DNA of 32,000 bases from positions 236,617 through 268,616 of the forward strand of contig NZ_JANDBC010000001.1 in NCBI RefSeq assembly GCF_024320785.1, given 5' to 3'. Positions within the stretch are counted from its first letter, which is position 1. Each line of letters starts with the position of its first letter. Source of the stretch: Gracilimonas sediminicola (GTDB taxonomy: Bacteria > Bacteroidota > Rhodothermia > Balneolales > Balneolaceae). Positions 17,574 through 25,288 of the stretch are shown here, one piece after another. The notes under the pieces were generated by a model. It worked only from the letters and a program-made list of their open reading frames with translations. It was not told where the DNA came from and did no database searches. The position numbers and the translations under genes were made by a program.

Positions 17574-19910
17574 ATGAAACGTCTCTTTTCCCTGTTTATA
17601 CTTTTGATCATTGGAACCTCTTACGCCTTTGGCCAGGCCAACTTTGAAGCCGCTGAGCGATTCACCGGAGAGAAAATGGAAAAACTCATCGGTGATACCT
17701 TCGTTTGGCCCCGGTGGATTGAAGACACGGATACATTCTGGTATCCCTTTGAAAATGCGGAAGGCACAAACTGGTACTTCGTGGATGCTGCACGCGGTTC
17801 ACAAAGAGAACTGTTTGACCGTGATGAGCTTGCAGCACAGCTTTCTGAAACGTTTAACCGGCCCTTCAATTCCAAGGATCTTGACCTGAATGATTTCGAT
17901 TACGACACCGACAAAGAACGATTCACCTTTCATGTAGACAGCATCAATTTCACCTTTAACCTGAATGGAGACCGTTTGGTGAAGGGCGATTCTTTAAGTG
18001 AGGAAAAAGAAGAAGACTGGGCTACCTATTCTCCGGATAGTACCTGGATTGCTTTTGCTAAAAATCACGACCTGTATGTAATGCGAGCTGATGATGAAGA
18101 TAGTACCGAGATTCAGCTTACCGATGATGGTGAGCTGTGGTTCAGCTATCAGGCTGATGACAGTGACACCACCTCAAACGAAAGGTTGCGTTCTCGAGCC
18201 AACTGGTTTGAAGACTCGGAGAAATTATGGGTGAAGCGTCAGGATAAGAGAAAAGTGGATGAGCTGTGGGTGATTAACTCGCTTGGTAAACGACCGGAGC
18301 TCGAGACCTATAAGTACCCGATGCCCGGTGAAGAGGATATATACGTGGATGAAATCAAGGTATTTGATCCTGCTGCAGAAACATCCGTAACCCTGGATAC
18401 CGACAAATGGGAAGATCAGTCGCTGGGTGGTGTTTATTTTAATGATGGCGGAATTTGGGAAACCCAAAAGTCGGATTACCTCTACATTCTGCGCCGCGAC
18501 CGAACCTGGAGCAAGATTGATGTGCTGAAAGCCAATACCACATCCGGTGATGTTGAAGTGCTGTGGTCGGAAGAGAGTAAGCCCTATTTCAATACGCGTT
18601 ATGCGCAGTTGGGAATCATTAACGAAGGAGAAGAATTTATCTGGTGGAGTGAGCGAACCGGATGGGGACAGCTTTACCGTTATGATTCGGATGGAAACCT
18701 GAAAAATGCGGTTACCTCCGGATACTATACCGTAGGGGATATTGCTAAAATTGACACGTCTGCCAAAACCATTTACTTCACAGCCTATGGGCGAGAAGAC
18801 GGACAAAACCCCTATTTCGAAAATTTATACTCCGTTCGTTTTGACGGCTCAAGACTCCGCCACCTGACACCGGAAGATGCCAATCATAATATCAATGCCT
18901 CTGAAGAAGGAAACTACTTCGTGGATAACTACTCACGGGTAGATATGCCTACCAAAACAGTTGTCAGAAATGGAAACGGCGAAGCTATTCTGGAGCTACA
19001 ACAAGTGGATATGACAGCTGCCGAGGATATTGGCTGGAGCGCGCCGGAAGAGTTTACCGTAAAAGCTGCCGATGGTGCTACCGACTTATATGGTGTAATC
19101 TGGAAACCCTTCGACTTTGATCCTGAAAAGGACTACCCGATTATCAGTTATGTATATCCCGGACCACAGACCGAACCCTTCCCTACCAGTTTTTCCGTAA
19201 CCGGTTCCACCGGGAGAAATCAATCGCTGGCGCAACTGGGATTTGTGGTTGTAGCTTTTGGTCAGCGCGGGGGAAGCCCGATTCGCTCTAAATATTACCA
19301 CAACTTCGGGTATGGAGATATGCGTGATTATCCCCTGGCAGACAATAAGTACGGGATAGAGCAACTGGCTTCCCGCCATTCTTTTATTGATCAGGACAAA
19401 GTGGGAATATTCGGGCATTCCGGTGGTGGATTTATGAGTACCGCTGCCCTCCTCACCTATCCTGATTTTTATGATGTTGCCGTTTCCTCAGCAGGGAATC
19501 ACGACAACAACATCTATAATATTTGGTGGAGTGAAGTTCATAACGGTGTAAAAGAGAAGCGCAAGACCGTGAAGGAAATGAACGAAGACAGTGTGGAAGT
19601 GGAGAAGGAAGAAATCACCTTCGACGCGCCCATTGAATCGAATGCCGAACTGGCCGGAAACCTTAAGGGGCACCTGCTTCTGGTTCATGGCGATATGGAT
19701 AACAACGTTCACCCTGCAAATACCATCCGCCTGGCTGATGCCCTCATCAAAGCCGGTAAGCGTTTTGACATGATGATTTTACCCGGCCGCCGACATGGAT
19801 TTGGCCCATACAATCCCTACTTCCAGCGCATGATGTGGCATTACTTTGCTGAGCACCTGTTAGGTGATTACCGCCCGGATGTGATCGACTTTAATCTTCC
19901 GGAAGACTGA
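17574..19910 (+). CDS. S9-family serine peptidase (DPP-IV-like), paralog 2
   Basis: 778-aa ORF with a signal peptide (LIIGTSYAFGQ) and the same GHSGGG / VHGDMDNNV / GRRHGF motifs. It is collinear with paralog 1 along its whole length. Confidence 0.85.
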   Translation: MKRLFSLFILLIIGTSYAFGQANFEAAERFTGEKMEKLIGDTFVWPRWIEDTDTFWYPFENAEGTNWYFVDAARGSQRELFDRDELAAQLSETFNRPFNSKDLDLNDFDYDTDKERFTFHVDSINFTFNLNGDRLVKGDSLSEEKEEDWATYSPDSTWIAFAKNHDLYVMRADDEDSTEIQLTDDGELWFSYQADDSDTTSNERLRSRANWFEDSEKLWVKRQDKRKVDELWVINSLGKRPELETYKYPMPGEEDIYVDEIKVFDPAAETSVTLDTDKWEDQSLGGVYFNDGGIWETQKSDYLYILRRDRTWSKIDVLKANTTSGDVEVLWSEESKPYFNTRYAQLGIINEGEEFIWWSERTGWGQLYRYDSDGNLKNAVTSGYYTVGDIAKIDTSAKTIYFTAYGREDGQNPYFENLYSVRFDGSRLRHLTPEDANHNINASEEGNYFVDNYSRVDMPTKTVVRNGNGEAILELQQVDMTAAEDIGWSAPEEFTVKAADGATDLYGVIWKPFDFDPEKDYPIISYVYPGPQTEPFPTSFSVTGSTGRNQSLAQLGFVVVAFGQRGGSPIRSKYYHNFGYGDMRDYPLADNKYGIEQLASRHSFIDQDKVGIFGHSGGGFMSTAALLTYPDFYDVAVSSAGNHDNNIYNIWWSEVHNGVKEKRKTVKEMNEDSVEVEKEEITFDAPIESNAELAGNLKGHLLLVHGDMDNNVHPANTIRLADALIKAGKRFDMMILPGRRHGFGPYNPYFQRMMWHYFAEHLLGDYRPDVIDFNLPED

Positions 19911-19944
19911 TTGAACATTGAACAGGGAACACCCAACATTGAAC
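19911..19944 (+). repeat. stop-codon-adjacent GAACA-rich repeat, copy c3
   Basis: Sequence ttgaacattgAACAgGGAACAcccaacattgaac, starting the nucleotide after the TGA at 19908-19910. Confidence 0.75.
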
Positions 19945-19953
19945 TCAGAAGTT

Positions 19954-21231
19954 TTAACTTTTGGTGTTCGATGTTCCTTGTTGGGTATTTAACCGCCAGG
20001 CTTTTTCGTTGGGGGTGATGGTGAAGCTCCATAAGATGCCGGCGAGTGCCATCACTCCTCCATATACCATTATGAGTGGTTTAACGGTCATGATTCCGCT
20101 TTCCAGGATCAGGGAGGCAATGACCACCGAAAAGGAATTCCCAATGGTAAAAAGCAGCCATTCCGTACTGAATATTCGTCCGCGAAAGGTATCCTGGGTC
20201 CTTTTTTGAAGAAGTACGGTGCTGGAAACCCAGTTGGCTCCGGAAGCCGCATGGGCAAAAAGCACGAATAGCAACATAAGCCCGATACTGTTTACCACCC
20301 CTACCACCAGGTACATCACACCGCAAAACGTGATGGCGAGCCCCATCAACAGCACCCAGTCTTTTTCTTCTCGAAAGATCCTGCGGCCTATAATGGGGCC
20401 AATTCCTGTTCCAAATCCCCGTGCTGCGTACAACAAACCCAAACCAATACTTCCCATCATCAACACTTCTTCACTGACAATGATCAAAAGATATACAAGG
20501 CCTCCCAGAAACACCGTGGATGTGCCTTTTGCCAGCGAGGGGCGAAGAATGTGGCGGTTTTTCACCAGGTAGCTGAGTCCTTCTTTAATGCCCTTAAACG
20601 GATTACGGGTTCGGTACATTTCTTCCTTCGAAAGCCTCTTCTGAGGGATGACAGCCCTGTACACAAACCACGCCGATATCACATAACTGAATCCATCCAG
20701 AATCAGTACATTGGTAGTACCCAGCCATTCGGTTGCAAAACCACCGATGGCCATTCCCGTGGTAAAAATAATACTCCAGCTGGCCGTTGAAATAATATTG
20801 GCGTTGGTGAGATTATCTTCAGATGTGACATTGGGGATGGAGGAAGTCTTAGCCGGTTCAAACACGGCGGAAAGCATCATCTGAATCGCGGTCAAAACAT
20901 AAGCCAGCCAGAGTGTGGCTGCAGAATCCACAAATATAATCCCCACAACAGCCACTCCACGCAGTAAATCACACCAGATCATGAGCTTTCTGCGGTTGAA
21001 GCGATCCGCTAAATAGCCTGCAAATGGGGAGAACAAAGCCAGGCTCAACATCTTTACGACGATAATCAGCCCAAGCAGAAATTCGGAATCGGAATAACGG
21101 CCGATGATGGCATACAGGGCAAGCAGCCCAAACCAATCCCCAAAGTTTGACACCGACTGGGCGATCCATAGCCGACGAAAATCTTTGTTTTCTTTTATGA
21201 GGTTAAGATACGGGCGGAGGTTTTTGGTCAT
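19954..21231 (-). CDS. MFS transporter
   Basis: 425-aa ORF that appears to have about 12 TM segments. It carries the MFS loop 2-3 signature GYLADRFNRRKLM. Confidence 0.8.
   Translation of the reverse strand: MTKNLRPYLNLIKENKDFRRLWIAQSVSNFGDWFGLLALYAIIGRYSDSEFLLGLIIVVKMLSLALFSPFAGYLADRFNRRKLMIWCDLLRGVAVVGIIFVDSAATLWLAYVLTAIQMMLSAVFEPAKTSSIPNVTSEDNLTNANIISTASWSIIFTTGMAIGGFATEWLGTTNVLILDGFSYVISAWFVYRAVIPQKRLSKEEMYRTRNPFKGIKEGLSYLVKNRHILRPSLAKGTSTVFLGGLVYLLIIVSEEVLMMGSIGLGLLYAARGFGTGIGPIIGRRIFREEKDWVLLMGLAITFCGVMYLVVGVVNSIGLMLLFVLFAHAASGANWVSSTVLLQKRTQDTFRGRIFSTEWLLFTIGNSFSVVIASLILESGIMTVKPLIMVYGGVMALAGILWSFTITPNEKAWRLNTQQGTSNTKS
19961..19993 (-). repeat. stop-codon-adjacent GAACA-rich repeat, copy c4 (inside the 3' end of the MFS ORF)
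   Basis: The minus strand reads gttaaatacccAACAAGGAACAtcgaacaccaa and encodes the last residues TQQGTSNTK of the MFS ORF. Confidence 0.7.
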
Positions 21232-21237
21232 AAATAT

Positions 21238-21268
21238 AGCTGTCAGCTTTCAGACTTCAGCTGTCAGC
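21238..21268. promoter_or_regulatory. two copies of palindromic 10-mer AGCTGTCAGC spaced 21 bp, candidate operator upstream of the MFS gene
   Basis: 21238-21247 and 21259-21268 are identical. Each has arms AGCTG/CAGC(T) around a central T. They lie 7-37 nt upstream of the MFS ATG (21231, minus strand). Confidence 0.4.
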
Positions 21269-21350
21269 ATGAATTTTGAACATTATGATAATTTAGTTTT
21301 GTGCTGATGACTTTCTTTCAACAACCTTGAAGGTTCTGTAGATAATACTT

Positions 21351-21391
21351 CAATGTTCAGTGTTGGGTGTTCCTTGTTGGGTGTTCAATTC
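21351..21391 (-). repeat. stop-codon-adjacent GAACA-rich repeat, copy c5
   Basis: The minus strand reads gaattgaacacccAACAAGGAACAcccaacactgaacattg and overlaps the dut stop (21390-21392). Confidence 0.75.
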
Positions 21392-21836
21392 ATTCAACAC
21401 CGGTGCTGCCAAACCCGCCTTCTCCGCGATCCGTTTCATCCAGCTCATCTACTTCCAGCAGCGGGAGCTGTGTAACCGGAGCAATCACCATCTGGGCAAT
21501 GCGGTCTCCATGATTAACCACAAATTCCTCCTCTCCGTGGTTAATGGCTATCACTTTCACTTCTCCCCTGTAATCCGCATCGATGGTTCCCGGAGCGTTC
21601 AGCATGGTGATGCCATTTCGGATGGCTAAACCGCTTCGTGGCCTGATTTGAGCTTCGTAGCCTTCAGGCAGTGCCATCTGCAATCCGGTCGGGATTAAGG
21701 TCCGTTCTCCCGGTTTAATCACGATGGGTGTTTCCACGGCTGCGCGCACGTCCATTCCGGCCGCGGCCACCGATTCATAATTTGGAAGCGGCAAGTCTTT
21801 GGCGTGATCCAGTTTTTTAATTAATACCTGTTTCAT
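21390..21836 (-). CDS. dut: dUTP diphosphatase
   Basis: 148-aa ORF with the five dUTPase motifs ([42 protein letters not shown]). Confidence 0.92.
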   Translation of the reverse strand: MKQVLIKKLDHAKDLPLPNYESVAAAGMDVRAAVETPIVIKPGERTLIPTGLQMALPEGYEAQIRPRSGLAIRNGITMLNAPGTIDADYRGEVKVIAINHGEEEFVVNHGDRIAQMVIAPVTQLPLLEVDELDETDRGEGGFGSTGVE

Positions 21837-22630
21837 AATTCTTCGCGTGTGTATTCAATCATTCGTACAATTACATTTCCCCATAATACCTTTACCCTTG
21901 CTTCAAGCGGAACCCTGAGATCATCATCCAGAAACCAGGCTCTGAAATCGCCTGAGAAGCCAAACGGACCTTCAATATTTTCCGTGGTTCCATTCATCAG
22001 GTAAGCCTGTATCGGGCCATCAAAGGGGGCATAATTTCGTTTTTCCTTTTTGAGGGAGTTATCAGCGTAAATGTATCCCTTTTTCTTGGTCACATACACC
22101 GGCAGGGTGTAGTCTTCCTCGCTCCCGGCAAACAGGCGTGAAAAATAAAAGATGAGGTGACCTGAGGTAGCGGGATCTTCAAGATCCAGAGTATCCCGTG
22201 AATCATCTTCTTCGATGTAGTACACCTTGCCGATATCCCGATCGAACCAGTATTGGATTTCATCATACTCCCCTTCATCGATATTATCTTTCCAGTACTT
22301 CACTTCTACCGGCAGGCCTTTTTCATTCACATAAAACAAACTGTGAAACCGGTCCAGCTCATCTCCTACAAAAGGAATGGATGGATTCGACTCAATTTCT
22401 GTAAGGATGTGATTCAGTTCCCGCCCTTCATAAGTGGTGTCGCTCAGCAGTTCAACATTCACCCAACCCAGTTTCAAAAACCCATACTTCACTTCATACC
22501 GGAAGGTTTCCTTCACCGAAAAAAGCTCATCCATTGTTGGGGGTGTTGAGCTGGTATCAGGTAAGGTGTGCTGTCCGAAAGCGGGAGCCGTCAACACAAA
22601 TAGTAATATGGGGAGGATGATTCTGGTCAT
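21833..22630 (-). CDS. secreted DUF3108-like protein (function unknown)
   Basis: 265-aa ORF with a signal peptide ([12 protein letters not shown]). The [11 protein letters not shown] segment resembles DUF3108 proteins. It overlaps dut by ATGA. Confidence 0.45.
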   Translation of the reverse strand: MTRIILPILLFVLTAPAFGQHTLPDTSSTPPTMDELFSVKETFRYEVKYGFLKLGWVNVELLSDTTYEGRELNHILTEIESNPSIPFVGDELDRFHSLFYVNEKGLPVEVKYWKDNIDEGEYDEIQYWFDRDIGKVYYIEEDDSRDTLDLEDPATSGHLIFYFSRLFAGSEEDYTLPVYVTKKKGYIYADNSLKKEKRNYAPFDGPIQAYLMNGTTENIEGPFGFSGDFRAWFLDDDLRVPLEARVKVLWGNVIVRMIEYTREEL

Positions 22631-22664
22631 AAAGTCAGTTAGCCAAACGGCAGGATTCGGACAA

Positions 22665-23027
22665 TTATTTCTCCTCCGGTTCCTCTTCGGCTATAAAAGC
22701 CTCAAACGATTCTTCGTCATACCCCACCAGCACCGATTCATCTTTCATAAGCACCGGCCGCTTGATCATCACCTGGTGTTCCAGCAGTTGCTCAAACAGT
22801 TCCTCTTCCGACAGATCCTTATCGGCCAGGCCTAAATCTCTCCACTTGCGGCCTCGTTTATTCACCAATACGTCCAGCCCCACCTTAAACTCCAGTTCCT
22901 TCAGCTCATCTCGCGTCAACGGGTCCTTTTTTACATCGATGAACTCATACTCAACGTCGTGTTCGTCCATCCATTTTTTGGTGTCTCTGATCTTGTTGCA
23001 GTTTTTTATTCCGGCAATATGAAGCAT
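22665..23027 (-). CDS. ArsC/Spx/YffB-family thioredoxin-fold protein
   Basis: 120-aa ORF. The N-terminal IAGIKNCNKIRDTKKWM pattern (single Cys near the N-terminus) and the size are typical of the ArsC family. Confidence 0.7.
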   Translation of the reverse strand: MLHIAGIKNCNKIRDTKKWMDEHDVEYEFIDVKKDPLTRDELKELEFKVGLDVLVNKRGRKWRDLGLADKDLSEEELFEQLLEHQVMIKRPVLMKDESVLVGYDEESFEAFIAEEEPEEK

Positions 23028-23051
23028 CGTAGTATTATATCGTAGTATTAT
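23026..23051. repeat. perfect 13-bp tandem duplication (ATCGTAGTATTAT x2)
   Basis: 23026-23038 equals 23039-23051. The first unit overlaps 2 nt (23026-23027) of the ArsC-family start codon (23025-23027, minus strand). Confidence 0.8.
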
Positions 23052-23138
23052 GATGAATGTTTTGTATTTTCAGTGAGGGAAAGATACGGTTTGTTTCCTG
23101 AAATTCGAACGTAATGAACGCAGAGTTCGTGCCTTTTT

Positions 23139-23639
23139 ATGCTGAAGTTTTTTACCTCCCCGTTTTTACTGATCTCGCTGCTCCTGCTGGTGAGCTGTAC
23201 CCGTAATGATGCCCAACGCGACTTCGAAAAGGAAGCCTATGCCCAGCCCCGGAATTATACCGAAACCACCAACCAGGGTGCGGTACAGAACCTGGATGAG
23301 GACGACTGGCGGACTTCCCCGCTTTTCCAGGGACTTATTGAGATCGTACCTCCCTACCCCAACCCGGTTACCACCGATCAGGCCATCCAGTTTGAGGTGG
23401 AAGTGACGGGAGTACAATCCGTAAACGGTTTGGAAGTATTGGTGAGGCTGCAAGACAACACTTTCCGCACGCTCTACACTGATTTTGAAACGCTGCAACC
23501 CGGGCTCACTACTTTTCAGATCAACCCTATCGAATTCTCGGAGTTTGGAAATCCTGAAGGAGCCCGCGGGCTGAACCGGGTGTACATCTTTAGTGCCAAT
23601 CAGCAGATGATATCCTACGGGGATATTATGGTGGAATAG
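23139..23639 (+). CDS. lipoprotein, function unknown
   Basis: 166-aa ORF with the lipobox LLLLVSC. I prefer it to the fully overlapping antisense ORF 23166..23669, whose N-terminus derives from repeat c6. Confidence 0.6.
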   Translation: MLKFFTSPFLLISLLLLVSCTRNDAQRDFEKEAYAQPRNYTETTNQGAVQNLDEDDWRTSPLFQGLIEIVPPYPNPVTTDQAIQFEVEVTGVQSVNGLEVLVRLQDNTFRTLYTDFETLQPGLTTFQINPIEFSEFGNPEGARGLNRVYIFSANQQMISYGDIMVE

Positions 23640-23645
23640 GTTTAA

Positions 23646-23677
23646 GAACATCCAACACGGAACATCCAATGTTGAAC
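23646..23677 (+). repeat. stop-codon-adjacent GAACA-rich repeat, copy c6
   Basis: Sequence gaacatccAACAcGGAACAtccaatgttgaac, 6 nt after the TAG at 23637-23639. Confidence 0.7.
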
Positions 23678-23733
23678 TTAGAACGGTTTGTAGGAGGTTC
23701 GTGTGTCATAGCTTACTCTTACTTTATTCTTAC

Positions 23734-23750
23734 AAATGTTGGATGTTTAC
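23734..23750 (-). repeat. partial inverted copy (c7) of the GAACA-rich repeat
   Basis: 23737-23747 (tgttggatgtt) is the exact reverse complement of 23647-23657 (aacatccaaca). Confidence 0.55.
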
Positions 23751-23810
23751 CGACTTCTCATAAGATAGGCCCTGTTGCATACTATTATCTTATACCTTTA
23801 TCAGAATCTG

Positions 23811-24455
23811 ATGCTGAACATAATTTCTAAATCAACATTTCTATTGCTTCTCTTGTATTCGAATACTTTGTTCGCCCAACAAGAAGTGACAATTACAGCA
23901 GGTGATACAACAGTTGTCAATTCAAGACTTATCTCATTTAATGCTTTTGCAGAGGCTGTTGGAGTTGACATCTTGAGTGAAACTGAGTACTCAGGTACAA
24001 CTCATTTAAGATTGTGGGGACCCCTTTCCCATAGTTTTGCAGCACGTTTTTTAGATGTAAGTATCGAATCAGATCAGATATCAGGTAAATGGTATGCCAC
24101 ATGGATCAATAATTCCAGGCAAAAAAGTAAAAAAGAACTCTATAAGAAGTGGAATTGTACTTCTGACATATGCACAGTTTCAAATGACTTTGGATCACGA
24201 TCCGGATGCTTAATTAAAGAGGCAGACACTGAAGCAATCCGAAGTATTCGAAACCTTGTGTTTGAATCAGGTTTTATTGAATTACTGAATCAACCCTTAG
24301 ATAGGCGTGTACAGTTAGACGGTAAAAGCTTGCATGTGGAAATACTTAATGAAGAAGGATATCGATTTGTAAGTTTTATGCATTATCATATTCAACATCA
24401 TCCCCAAAAACAGTTGATCGATAAAGCCAGAACTGTTTTAGGTTTATGGCAATAA
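23811..24455 (+). CDS. secreted hypothetical protein (orphan)
   Basis: The track ORF starts at TTG 23775. ATG 23811 gives MLNIISKSTFLLLLLYSNTLFAQQ, a typical signal peptide. Codon usage is AT-rich, and I recognise no domain. Confidence 0.55.
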   Translation: MLNIISKSTFLLLLLYSNTLFAQQEVTITAGDTTVVNSRLISFNAFAEAVGVDILSETEYSGTTHLRLWGPLSHSFAARFLDVSIESDQISGKWYATWINNSRQKSKKELYKKWNCTSDICTVSNDFGSRSGCLIKEADTEAIRSIRNLVFESGFIELLNQPLDRRVQLDGKSLHVEILNEEGYRFVSFMHYHIQHHPQKQLIDKARTVLGLWQ

Positions 24456-24521
24456 AACTCGGTGAAAGCGTTTCAGTTCAGACGCCCTGAATGATCGAAA
24501 CAGGCTGGACCGGAAGCGAGC

Positions 24522-24556
24522 GAAACTTGTTTGCAAGGAATTAATTTCGCTACTTC
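24522..24556 (+). promoter_or_regulatory. conserved 35-nt inter-gene motif, copy A
   Basis: Sequence gaaacttgtttgcaaggaattaatttcgctacttc. It matches copy B at 30 of 35 positions and ends 62 nt before ATG 24619. Confidence 0.5.
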
Positions 24557-24618
24557 AATGAAATTACAATCCCCGCGCCGTTTAAACGCTGGGCCGTTGT
24601 AGCAAATAAAAGATAATC

Positions 24619-25209
24619 ATGAATTTCGAACAGATTAAAGAACGAACAAGACCATTAGTCAACAAAGTGTCTCCTGTATCGGAGGGGTCATTAGATCTGA
24701 TGAGTGACTTGATTGTAGTTGAGGTTTATGAAAAAGGAGATATGTTTATTGATAGAGGGAAAAAAAATAACAAGGAATACTTTGTTTACGAAGGCGTTTG
24801 CCGGAGCTTTTTGCTAAGTCCGGAAGGTGAGGAAGTAACTATATCTTATTTTCTTGAAGGCGATGTACTCTCTCCGAATAAAACGAGAACAGCTAATCAA
24901 ATGTCTCACCTTAACTTTCAAGCGCTCACAAAATTAACTGTTGCCAGCCTAAACGCTGACGAGTTTGAGCAGCTCATGATAAACCATATTGACATTCGCG
25001 AGTTTGGCAATACGGTTTTACAAAATGAACTCCTTGCAAAAGTTGAAAAAGAAATAGCACTGGCCTCTCTGAACGCTAAAGAAAGGCTCATTCTTTTTAG
25101 AGAAAAATATCACTCTCTGGAAAATCTAATCTCACATGTTGACATTGCCTCCTATCTGGGAATTACAAATATTTCCCTCAGCAGACTTCGTAAAGGGCTC
25201 ATGAAGTAA
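24619..25209 (+). CDS. Crp/Fnr-family regulator (cNMP-binding domain + C-terminal HTH)
   Basis: 196-aa ORF. It has an N-terminal beta-roll-like region and the C-terminal HTH ISHVDIASYLGITNISLSRLRKGL, typical of small Bacteroidota Crp-type regulators. Confidence 0.75.
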   Translation: MNFEQIKERTRPLVNKVSPVSEGSLDLMSDLIVVEVYEKGDMFIDRGKKNNKEYFVYEGVCRSFLLSPEGEEVTISYFLEGDVLSPNKTRTANQMSHLNFQALTKLTVASLNADEFEQLMINHIDIREFGNTVLQNELLAKVEKEIALASLNAKERLILFREKYHSLENLISHVDIASYLGITNISLSRLRKGLMK

Positions 25210-25217
25210 AAGGTCAT

Positions 25218-25237
25218 CCTTTAACAAATGTTAATGG
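25218..25237. promoter_or_regulatory. 20-bp palindrome CCTTTAACA-AA-TGTTAATGG between the Crp-type gene and the Lnt-family gene
   Basis: 8 of 9 arm positions are complementary. It lies 9 nt after the crp-like stop and 52 nt before ATG 25289. Confidence 0.45.
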
Positions 25238-25288
25238 ATACGAAGTCAACATCATCAATCTTTGTAGTGAACTTAAAAACAAAGAAAG

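Noticed and set aside
23166-23669. 167-aa minus-strand ORF overlapping the lipoprotein gene
   Set aside because: Its N-terminus (MDVPCWMF) is encoded by repeat copy c6, and the opposite-strand ORF has a proper lipobox signal peptide.
10211-23750. The GAACA-rich repeats considered as a CRISPR array
   Set aside because: The copies are kilobases apart, occur in both orientations, are imperfect and are not separated by uniform spacers. No cas genes are present.
24533-24552. Sigma-54 type -24/-12 promoter (GG-N10-GC) inside motif copy A
   Set aside because: The GG is AG in copy B, and the remaining consensus positions (TGGCAC, TTGCW) are not matched.
24470-24615. Minus-strand coding reading of the conserved motif (EVAKLIPCKQVS / EVAKLISGKQVS). 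Several of the A/B differences are synonymous in that frame.
   Set aside because: In both copies the frame is closed by a stop a few codons upstream of the conserved part (TGA) and has no plausible start codon. At most it is a decayed gene fragment. With only five differences the synonymous pattern is not statistically meaningful.
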